From the NCBI RefSeq assembly GCF_009914755.1, contig NC_060936.1: a stretch of DNA of 64,000 nucleotides; one strand, given 5' to 3'. Below the pieces are notes generated by a model, which was not told where the DNA came from, made no database searches, and was given only the letters and a program-made list of their open reading frames with translations. This document shows, one piece after another, positions 51,205-61,480 of this stretch. This DNA comes from the human T2T-CHM13v2.0 reference genome, Homo sapiens. Within the stretch, counting starts at the first letter, position 1, and the number at the start of each line of letters is the position of its first letter. A program made the translations under genes and the position numbers.

Positions 51205-51540
51205 ATGGAGACAGCGGGCTCTGGTACTGGGCAGCCGGCCTCTCTGCTGGAGGCTCCCGGGTCCACGGATGACCGGCTTTTCCTGGTTAAAGGTGGAATT
51301 TTCCTTGGTACTGTTGCTGCAGCAGGAACGCTAGCTGGATTTATTACAACATTATCATTGGCTAAAAAGAAAAGCCCTGAATGGTTCAATAAGGGAAGTA
51401 TGGTCACGACTGCATTACCGGAAAGCGGGTCTTCCCTTGCCTTGCGAGCTCTGGGCTGCGGCTCACTGTATGCATGGTGTGGGGTTGGTGTGATTAGCTT
51501 CTCAGTCTGGAAAGCTTTAGGGGTTCACAGTGACATGTAA
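51205..51540 (+). pseudogene. TMEM242: Processed, 3'-truncated TMEM242 copy (codons 1-109 followed by D-M-stop)
   Basis: [13 protein letters not shown]...[19 protein letters not shown]...[14 protein letters not shown]...VWKALGVHS matches recalled TMEM242, intronless; the C-terminal ~32 aa are absent. Confidence 0.88.
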
Positions 51541-52099
51541 GAGATATCCTCATTTTAATTGAAGGCTACATCACCAACTTTCTACCCGAGAAGTCGTTTT
51601 TCTTCGGGACCCACAATCAAAGGCTTTCCTCCGGCATGAGAAAGGAGTAACATTCCCGCCTGGTGAGTTTTTAGTGCTGGAGTGACTCCCAGCCGGCCCC
51701 TACCCCGCTCAAGCTCCTGCTGACTGTCCCAGTGTGGGTCCTGGCCAAGACTGGCACCAAGGCAGTGGGATCCTTTATAAGTAGGCCTCCAGCGCCATAC
51801 ACCAGAAAGCAGGAGCCCACTTCTGGGACACTGGGAGAGGGTGCAGGCAGCCACCAGTACGCAAAGCACAGTGCCCTATCCTTCCCGGCAGGGTCACAGT
51901 TCAGAAGATGTAACCTGATTTTCATCTGTAGTTAATAGAAGCATTTTGCCTTGACATTCATACTAAAAATAGAAAACACTAGTAATTCCAGGGATCTGGG
52001 TTAGTCTCTTAAGCATGTCAACTATTGATGAGAATACTCTTTGTAAAACTAACTCCAGAAATCACTTGCTAGAGAAGCAGCCCTTCATTGCCTTAGTCT

Positions 52100-52288
52100 G
52101 AGCACCCACGGAAAGCACGTGTTGGAGGCGCTGGCAAGGGCCGCGCAGCCGCAGTAGAGGGCCAGGGGGCGGGTGGTGCGCACCCGCCATAGAGGGCTGA
52201 AGGTGCTGCCCACGGCTTTCTTGGCGTCTCGACGTTTTGGTCAGCGGCTTTTTTCCATTCTTTCCCTCCACTTCTTGAGTGAGCAGCC
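52100..52288 (+). promoter_or_regulatory. CpG/GC-rich promoter-like segment and 5'UTR upstream of the LDH ORF
   Basis: Local CpG cluster; E-box CACGTG at 52116-52121; GC box GGGGCGGG at 52166-52173. Motifs only. Confidence 0.45.
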
Positions 52289-53430
52289 ATGAGTTGGACT
52301 GTACCTGTTGTGTGGGCCAGCCAGAGAGTGAGCTCGGCAGGAGCGAATTTTCTGTGCCTGGGGATGGCCCTGTGTCCCCGTCAGGCAGCGTGCATGCCAC
52401 TCATGGGCACCTGGCTCTTCACCTCCGTGAGCAAGATGGCGACTGTGAAGAGTGAGCTTATTGAGTGCTTCACTTCCGAGGAGCCCTTTCATCACAGAAA
52501 GGTCTCCATCACAGGAACTGGATCAGTGGGCATGGCCTGCGCTACCAGCATCTTATTAAAAGGCTTGAGTGATGAACTTGCCTTTGTGGATCTTGATGAA
52601 GGCAAACTGAAAGGTGAGACAATGGATCTTCAACATGGCAGCCCTTTCATGAAAATGTCAAATATTGTTTGTAGCAAAGATTACCTTGTCACAGCAAACC
52701 CCCATCTAGTGATTATCACAGCAGGTGCACGCCGAGAAAAGGGAGAAATGCGCTTTAATTTAGTCCGGCAAAATGTGGCCATCTTCAAGTTAATGATTTC
52801 CAGTATTGTCCAGCAGAGCCCCCTCTGCAAACTAATTATTGTTTCCAATCCAGTAGATATCTTAACTTACGTAGCCTGGAAGTTGAGTGCATTTCCCAAA
52901 AACCGTGTTATTGGAAGCGGCTGTAATCTGGATACTGTTCGTTTTCAATTCTTCATTGGACAAAAGCTTGGTATCCACTCTGAAAGCTGCCGTGGATGGA
53001 TCCTCGGAGAGCATGGAGACTCAAGTGTTCCTGTGTGGAGTGGAATGAACATAGCTGGTGTCCTTTTGAAGGATCTGAACTCTGATATAGGAACTGATAA
53101 AGATCCTGAGAAATGGAAAAATGTCCACAAAGAAGTGATTGCTAGTGCCTATGAGATTATTGAAATGAAAAGTTCTACTTCGTGGGCCATTGGCCTATCT
53201 GGAGCTGATTTAACAGAAAGTATTTTGAAGAATCTTAGGAGAAAACATCCAGTTTCCACCATAATTAAGGGCCTCTACGGAATAAATGAAGAAGTCTTCC
53301 TCAGTATTCCTTCTTTGGAGAGAAGGGTATTACCAACCTTATAAAGAGAAAGCTGACCCCTGAAGAGGAGGCCCATCTGAAAAAGAGTGCAAAAACACTT
53401 TGGGAAATTCAGAAGGAGCTTGAGACTTAA
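52289..53430 (+). pseudogene. LDHAL6CP: LDHAL6B-like lactate dehydrogenase retro-pseudogene; 351-aa ORF to 53344 with a frameshift near 53311-53316
   Basis: N-terminal extension MSWTVPVV..., [34 protein letters not shown]. The true C-terminus [10 protein letters not shown]...[11 protein letters not shown] lies in another frame (53317-53430). The CP designation is from memory. Confidence 0.9.
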
Positions 53431-56049
53431 AGTTGTCTAAAACTACCATTCCGAAATTATTGAAGAGATCATAGATACAGGATTATATATCAAAATTTTC
53501 AATAAACTTGAATTCCTGAAAGATGGAAACAGGAAAGTGGGTAGAGTGACTTTCCTTTTTATTTAGTCTTCCAGCTCTTTTATTTAGCATCCAGGTGCTG
53601 GATGATACTTATTTACAATTCCTAAAGAAAGTGTTTTTGGTAATGCTGATATAGCAGTACTTACCTTGTTATATATATGTAGTTGGCATTTGGTTCCTAA
53701 AAAGTAGGATGTAGGTATTTACTGTGTTTGAGAAATTCTGATTCTTTTCACTAGATATATGCTATTTATTCTTGCTGGCTTATACCTATGTTCATTTATA
53801 TGCTGTAAAAAAGTGGTAATTTACAATGTAAAAATAAAAGTATGCATATACAAAAAAAAGAAGACATTTATGCGGCCAACAAACATGAAAAAAGCTCATT
53901 ATCACTGGTCATTACAGAAATGCAAATCAAAACCACAATGAGATACCATCTCATGCCAGTTAGAATGGCAATCACTAAAAAGTCAGGAAACAACAGATGC
54001 TGGAGAGAATGTGGAGAAATAGGAACATATTTACACTACTGGTGGGAGTGTAAATTAGTTCAACCACTGTGGAAGACAGTGCGGTGATTCCTCAAGGATC
54101 TAGAACCAGAAATATCATTTGACCCAGCAATCCCATTACTGGGTATATACCCAATGGATTATAAATCATTGTACTATAAAGACACATGCTTTCTCTTTTT
54201 TCTAACTTGCTCTTCAGACTTAATGCTCAGTATTACCTGCCTCACTATGAGTTTGTCTCCCCTAGAAGATAGTCTATGTATTCCATTTGGCTGTGGATCT
54301 GATTCTGCTTGGGGCATGTATTTCTCTTGAATACTTGAATACCATGGGACCCACCCATGTTTTCTGGGACTCAGGCATAAGGCAATCACCTCAATTTTCT
54401 ATGTCCATGTAATGACTCTTGTGCTGGTGTTATCTAACATGTTAACTAGATTGTAGTTGTAGTTCTCTGCATGTAAGGATCAATGCTTTTTTTTCTGCTG
54501 ATTCCCCAACAACCTTATATAATGTTGAGTTCCTATAAGATGCTTAGAAACTAGTTGTTAATTTGTACATTCCCACTTTTTGGATCTTTACCAAGCTTAT
54601 CTTTTGTTGGAGGATTTTGTAAAAACAAAAAGGGGAAGAGTAGACACTGCTAAAGGAAAGAACTTAAAAGTCAGGAACTGCCTTGGTTTCCCCTTTTATT
54701 TTCTTCCTCTTGCTTTTGTTATCTCCTCTTTCTAATATAGCAATATGAGTGTATGGCTACCACATATATTTGTTTAAATTTAACTTAAAATATCCATTCT
54801 AGATAATCTGCCTTTAGCCCTTTTCTATCAGGGTACTATATTTTATCATTAATTAATTCCTTATAATTAACTTCATTTATTTCTTATTAATCTCATAATG
54901 GACAAGGAGTACCAGTGCCTGGTTGAATAAAGAGGGGAATCACTTTGTTGTCAGAACAGAAACTCATTCAAACCAGCTCAGGTCAGAAACAAAAAGTGGG
55001 GAATGTATTGAATGTCTGATGGTATCTCTAATAACTGTAGAGTAATAATTATAGAGATCTGTCATTTGGTACTGGATCCAGGACCCAGAAAATTTGAATC
55101 CAAGGTTATTTGCTTTGTTTTTTTCAGAAGAGTTTATCTCTTGGCTCTGCTCCTATTGGTACATCAACTTTATTTTTCCTGGGTCTTACTGTAGATTATC
55201 TTACTGTGCTCCGGCCCGCACATGTTGGTCCCAGCCTCTGCGTTTCCAGATCTCCTAACTCAAACACTCATCAGAAATTAAGTGCAGTCTAGTTTCTGTG
55301 TTCCAATTCTAAATTCCAAGAAGAGATTCTGATTGTCCAGCTTTGCTAAGATACAGACCCCCCATCCTGTCAGCAGGGGTTAGGGTGTAGAAGAGTCATG
55401 TCCTACAAACATGGGTACAAATATGGGCATCAGCACGGGGGAGGTGCTTACCCCTGAAAGTCCCTAAGTGTTGGCGTGAACAGTTTCGCAATATATACTG
55501 GCTGATTTTACTATGGCAGGCTCACAAAGTTTATACAGAATAGACCTTTCCAATCTCCTTGATTTCTTTGTTTTGAAATGTGGCTGATGTCTGAATACAG
55601 TATCCAACAAAATAATTAAAGTGCTGTTTGGAGATTTAGCTTGAAGGGCAATCACTTTTTAACTTAATACGTTTCTTAGATCTTGATTTAACTGTCTTTT
55701 TTTGGGGTGAAAATTTGTTTGATCTTGTCTTATCATTAGAAAAGATACAGCATGGGAATTCTATGCATTCCTGTAAAGTTCAAACACATTTCCTTTTGTT
55801 GACAGGTAGTAATTTGTATGAGGCAGGCAAAGGAAGAATGGCTTCAAACAAATGATTCAAGTTCAGAAATATGCAAATAAATGGATTTTCTAATTGTTTT
55901 TTCTTTTTTTCTTTTTTTAAACTTTTACCTTAAGTCTGTTCATTAGTTGTGATTGCTTTGTAACAAGAATCTGGAGGGCATCTAAGGACATCATCACTGA
56001 TCTGGGGAAACAGGACCTGCTTTGGGGAATTGATCTTACAAGATCAAGG

Positions 56050-56531
56050 CAGCGCTGTCCAACATAAATGTAATGTGAGCCACATATGAAACTTGAAATT
56101 TTCTGGTAGCCACGTTAAAAAGTTGGTAAAATAAATCAATAAATTAATTTTAATAATTTTACTGAAACTGATATATTCAAAATATTATTTCAGCATGTGA
56201 TCAATATAAAAATTATTAATATTTCACACTCTTTTTATATTAAGTCTTTGAAATCTGGTGTGTATTGTACACTTAGAGCACAACTCAATTCAGATGTTAA
56301 TTTTTCAGTGATTAAAGCGAAATGCAGACCTACCAAAACACGACATTTGTGTTTAATAGAAAAATATTTTACACTGCTTCAGTTTTTTTATTTTAATGCG
56401 TTTACATAAAATAAATTCAATTTGTCAATCTGCAGTAACTTCATTGCAAATGATCAGTAGCATTTAGTGATTTCCTATTAAATAATCTCATAGCGGACAG
56501 TGGCTTGTGGCCATTGTATTGGATAGCACAG
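56050..56531. mobile_element. hAT-Charlie MITE (MER33/Charlie5-like)
   Basis: Ends CAGCGCTGTCCAA ... TTGGATAGCACAG; GAGCCACATATG and GGTAGCCAC motifs. Confidence 0.75.
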
Positions 56532-56914
56532 TTTTAGAGAATGGGATTCACGAGATTTGAGACCAGAGTTTATCTTTCACCAGTGAAGCTTAACCTAAGA
56601 GGGAATTTTGTTATGAATTGGCGTCCACTGTGTCGCTGCTCAAGTGGGCAGGGTCACCACTTTGCAGCCCTGAAACTTGTCTGTCTCTTGCTCCGGGGCA
56701 GACTTTCTTGCAGTCTTGTTCTGCTGGCAATAGTCTTAATGCCTTAATGCTTTAATGACATTACATGAGCTTGGCACAAGTTGCAAACTTGGAGATTATT
56801 GTGTTAAAAACTGAAAACTACTGTAGCTAAAGGACTTGCTTTATTTCGATTAACCCTGTGTTTTCTAAGCTTAGTTGACCACAAGTCTCTTTTAAAAGAA
56901 TAACATTAAGTTAC

Positions 56915-57863
56915 TGCAGGAGACCAAAAATATGTCAAAAATATGCATGAAGACTCTGTAGGAGACCAAAATATGCCACCCCAAAATATTTGTTTGGCAT
57001 GAAGCTTATTTTGAGCGGATTAATTTGAGAGACTGCAGACACAGGGGAAGCTCCGAAAACAGAGTAGAAGTTGTCCTTTCATAAGGGAAATTTATATTTG
57101 TAAAGGAAATCTCTATTAGTAAGGATGTCACTCTATCTCTACCAAGAAAAGGAAGACTGAATTGCTGGAGACTCATCAATGAAGAAGGCACTGACTTAAA
57201 TCTGCATAACTACCCTTACCCTTTGATATGGTTTGGCTGTGACCCCACCCAAATCTCATCTTGAATTGTAGCTCCCGCAATTCCCATGTGTCATGGGAGG
57301 GACCCCATGGGAGACAATTGCATCATGGGGGCAGATCTTTCCCATGCAGTTCTCACGGTAGTGAATAAGTCTCACGAGATCTGATAGTTTTATAAATGGG
57401 AGTTCCCCTGCACAAGTTCTCTTGCCCACTGCTATGTAAGAAGTCCCTTTGTTCTTCCTTCATCTTCTGCCGTGATTGTGAGGTCTCTCCAGCCATGTGG
57501 AACTGTGAGTCCCTTAAACCTCTTTCCTTTATAAATTACCTAGTCTCGGGTATGTCTTTATTAGCAGCATAAGAACAGATTAATACACCCTTGTTTACTT
57601 TGCTTTTCTGGGCATCTCTCCATAACTACCCTTTTCCCACACCGTCCTTTCTTTGTTTCAGCAGATGACGGTACTTAAGCCTGAACTCAAAACCATGCCT
57701 TTGAGATTTACTTATTTCTTTGGGTTATCTCCCAGGTATATATGAGGTATACATGTTATTAAACTTCTGTTTATTTTTCTAATTAATCTGTCTTTTGTTA
57801 CAGGGATCCATCCCAACTAACAACTATGAAGGGTAGAGATAAAATTACTTTTCCTCCCCTACA
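56915..57863 (+). mobile_element. ERV1 solo LTR (MER34-like) with duplicated 5' start, interrupted by THE1
   Basis: TG(C/T)AGGAGACCAAAATATG...TCCCCTACA; 4-bp TSD TTAC at 56911-56914 and 57864-57867. Confidence 0.75.
57224..57587 (+). mobile_element. THE1B/C solo LTR
   Basis: TGATATGGTTTGGCTGT...TAATACA; perfect TSD CCCTT at 57219-57223 and 57588-57592. Confidence 0.92.
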
Positions 57864-60692
57864 TTACATACTACTGAGGTGTTCTGAAACACACACTATC
57901 AGAAATACTGCCTGGTTGGCTAGAGAGTGCTTGATTCTGAGACCTGCTCTTTTGACCATGCTTGACTTCAACATGTCCTTGAATGTACCATTCTGTACTT
58001 ATCTGTAGAGGACATCTGTTATTTTTGCCTGAACATATCTGTTCCCTGTTTTCTGGTATCAGAATCCTCCTTTCCATGGGGAATTCATTCTACATGGGTT
58101 GGATGTGACATTTGTCACCTCTTCCTAGCTACAGAGTTGGGTCCATGGTGTGGAGATTGTTATTATGCATACTCCCTTTTTTTACCTGGGCACATAGCTA
58201 GACTATATTTTCCCAATTCCCTTGCATTTAGCATTGGCCATGTGACTAAGGTTGGACCAATGGACAGTGAGCAAAATTAATGTATACAAATTCTAGGCTG
58301 AGGCCTGAAGACAACAGAAATGCTTCGTTGGTGCTCTATTTTCTTTCCCAGAAGCTGGAGCATGAATTTGCTTTCCTCCAGGTTCAACCACACAGACACT
58401 AGGGGCTGATAGGAAAACAAAGTAGAAGAAATCTAGATTTCCGAATGACTCCATGGAGCAGAGCCCTTACTATTATGGAATATAACCTCAGGTTATAATA
58501 TGTGAGAGAAGTATGCCTCTATTTTCTTGAAGCCATTGAATTACTATTTTTAAAAGTTTCTTTGCTATGGAAGCATAGCCTTATTCTGGAAAATATAGTA
58601 CATGCACTGTTATAATCCCACTTCTGCTGGCCATGATGAATGTTCCAGGAACTGGACCTAACCCAGATCAAAGTCATTCTTTGTATGTTTATGCCAAAGC
58701 TAGCTGAATTCTTCCTTTTTGTAGTTAACTTGTGGAATGTATATTCACACTATCTTTTTCTTTTTCTTTTTTTAACCACTGGGAGATGGCTGGCTTGAGA
58801 ATGAAGCCACTTCTCTTAGAGAAACAGTTTCAGGAAATGGTGAGAAACAGGACCTCCAGATCCAGCTGTGCTTCAAATGGGACTCATCATTGGACTTGAT
58901 AATTGAATGAAATAGTTACCAGTTTTGCTTAACTTAACCTTAATTGGATTAATGTTACTTGCCATAAGTCTGGAAAAATACCCTACATGTTTCCTTCTTA
59001 TTCTAACACTGTCCTTTGCCATTAGGCCACTTGCTGGTGCCATGCTCTTTCTTGGTTGCCAGAGCAAATTAAGGCAGAGTTTGCTCATCCTGCACTGAAG
59101 ATTCAGGAGACCCAGTTGCTCTTTGGGTAAAGGAGGAGGTGAAATAAACGTAGGACATGCTATCATGAGAGCTCTGCCCATACTAGAGGAAGAGCCAGAA
59201 ACTATCTACCTCATTGGCTTAGAGAATTAAGCTTCTTTTCAGCCTTCTTCATTTCTCTTCCTCTCTGTAGATATAGGAGGAATGCTAAGATAGACAAGGG
59301 AGCTTCCTGGACCAAAGGAGAAATCACTACTTCCTAGATGAACAAGGTCCCATTTAGAGTAGAAATGACTTTATTAGTCGAGGAAGCACAATTACCATGA
59401 GTATATGGAATAAAAGACCTTACACAATTGTGGGAAGAGCTGGGGAAGCAAGGGTCCAGAAGGAGTTGGAGATCAGAATTAAAGGAATAATCAATCTTCC
59501 TGAAACCCTGGTGCAGGTGGACAAGACAGGATGTACAGAGCAGTCAAGGACATCCTGTTCCTGAAGTGGGAACACAAAGGGAAAGTTCATGGGGAAGTCT
59601 ATGGGAAGGTGTTGATTTTATGTAGCTACCTCCTCATTGGGTCTGTAGCTGGGCTTCTGGTGGTGGGCATGGGGCCTCTGGTAAGCAGTAGTGCCAGCGG
59701 TCATGAAGAAGAGTTGGACAGGGAGCAGAGGAGAATGTGAGCAGACTGGATCGTCTGATGCAGATGGGCACCTCTGCATCAGTCTGTCATGCTATGTGAC
59801 TGCAAAGACCTTTGGAAAATAATAGCTGCTACTTTATTTCTGTCTCCCAAATCCTAAGTTCTTTTAGTCAATGGTAACCTGGAAGCATATAGAGCAGGAA
59901 ATTTGGAAAATGTAGTTTGTAGCTTGATCAAATTGGCTTTAGAAAAACCCAGCACAAGGTCCATCCCTGGGTGGTGATACCAAGGCAAATCATGAGTGAT
60001 CTGTCAACATGGTGCAGTTGGCACAACTCACTCTTGGAAAGTGATTCAGGCTGCTACGTCAGGTCAGTGCTTTCTCTGTAGCATCTGACTCTTTCATTCT
60101 TTATATAGATCATGTTGAAACTGTTCCCACCACAGAGGGGTTCCTGACCCTGCCCATCACCCTGTTTCTTCCCTGCCATTGGATTGTCAAGGCTTCACAT
60201 CTGGTTGCTTCCTGTTATTCCTACCAAATTGTTCAGTGGTGATACTTGCCCAAGCCCTAACATACTCCCGTTGCTTGTAATTATTCAGTGTGAACCTAGG
60301 CAGGCTTGGAAGGCCCAAGACTCTTGCCAGGCTGGGTTCCTGGCTCAGCCCCATCCGCTTCCACAGCCACCTCTGGTTCAATTGCCTTAACTTCTGGGGA
60401 GGCCAGTCTTGGTCTTCCTTTGGTGACATCGAAACCCCAAAACTATTATTGTGATTTTTTGTAGTCAGCAGACTTCTTCTCACTTGACTAAAGGTTTTTC
60501 TGTGTTTTAATATGAACCAAATGGATTGATTTGGGGAAATATTTGGATCTGAGGAAAGCATATGGATTTAGTGCCAACAGACTTGCTTTCATAAGCATAT
60601 TGTGTTAGATAAACAAAAACAAATAAAAAACAAATGAGCAAAATGCTTGCAACAATACTGGGGGGGGGGCGGTGTCTGGCCCTAGACACACC

Positions 60693-61135
60693 TGTAGGGT
60701 AACTGCACCTGATAACAATAATTTAAGCATACCCTTAGAATTACTCTCTATGGCAGATGCACCTGAAAGTGTTTTCTAAGCTAGATAATCTGGTAGTGGC
60801 CAACCCAGAGATTCATCCCTTATCTATGATAAACATCTGAGCCCCATCCCATCCCATGGAACATGGGCCATACAGGAGATTGAAGCCCTGAGTTTTCAGT
60901 TAAATGAAGAATGCCAGGTGGAGGTCGTTGGGGGGGGTGTTAAGTGAAAATGCTATAAACTGCATGATGTTTACAGGCAGTTGCAGTTTTCCTGACCAGC
61001 CTGTTGCCACTGGACCCTCTCCCCTATATGTTAGCATCTGATAAAGCCGCATGTCTCGTTTACTAGCTCTGGGTCTCTTCTTTGGCCTCTTGAGCCTGGT
61101 GGCTTCCCTATTGAGGTTAGGGGTTTGATACAATA
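60693..61135 (+). mobile_element. Solo LTR (LTR47-like, tentative)
   Basis: Starts TGTAGGGTAACTGCACCTG; TATAAA at ~60954; near-TSD ACACC/TCACC. Confidence 0.65.
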
Positions 61136-61289
61136 TCACCCTTCAGGTTAGGATATGAATGAGAATTCAGAGGTGGGATTAGCTTTCTGACAGCAGAGGT
61201 CCAGCTGGGAAGGCAAGGAGTGACATACTGCTAGTCTGCCTAGAAGTTTGTACCTTCCCCACACACAGTTTACTCAACCTAGATAATGA

Positions 61290-61480
61290 CTGGATTTGAA
61301 TCATAATCTAGCCTTTATTTGCATTGTCATTTTGGACACCTCATTTAATCTGAATCTCAGTTTCTTCACTTATTTAAAAAATGGAATGAAGATTTCCTGC
61401 CTTACAATGTTGTTGTAAGCATTAGATATTAGAACTAAAGCTTCTAAAGTGCAGGACACAGTAGTTTGTGATGAATAAAT
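61290..61480 (+). mobile_element. MIR
   Basis: CTCATTTAATCTGAATCTCAGTTTCTTCAC...AATGTTGTTGTAAGCATTAGAT; boundaries approximate. Confidence 0.65.

Larger units (their letters stand above)
51188..53855 (+). pseudogene. Single chimeric processed insertion TMEM242::linker::LDHAL6
   Basis: TSD AAAAGAAGACA at 51177-51187 and 53856-53866; AATAAA at 53833-53838 followed by a short poly(A); no internal poly(A) or TSD between the parts. Confidence 0.9.
50635..54189 (-). mobile_element. 5'-truncated, 5'-inverted L1PA (L1PA7-like) hosting the chimeric retrocopy
   Basis: Minus-strand L1PA 3'UTR at ~50641-51088; plus-strand ORF2 segment at 51089-51187 resuming at 53856-54189; the two arms are nearly contiguous in the L1 consensus (...GACACATGC / GTATGTTTATTGC...). 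Confidence 0.9.

Noticed and set aside
51205-53344. TMEM242-LDH fusion protein
   Set aside because: The TMEM242 frame stops at 51540, about 750 bp before the LDH ATG; the fusion is at the RNA level only.
54940-59960. Probable very old LTR fragments (~54940-55400, ~58000-58970, ~59370-59960)
   Set aside because: Too diverged for me to assign a family or boundaries by eye.
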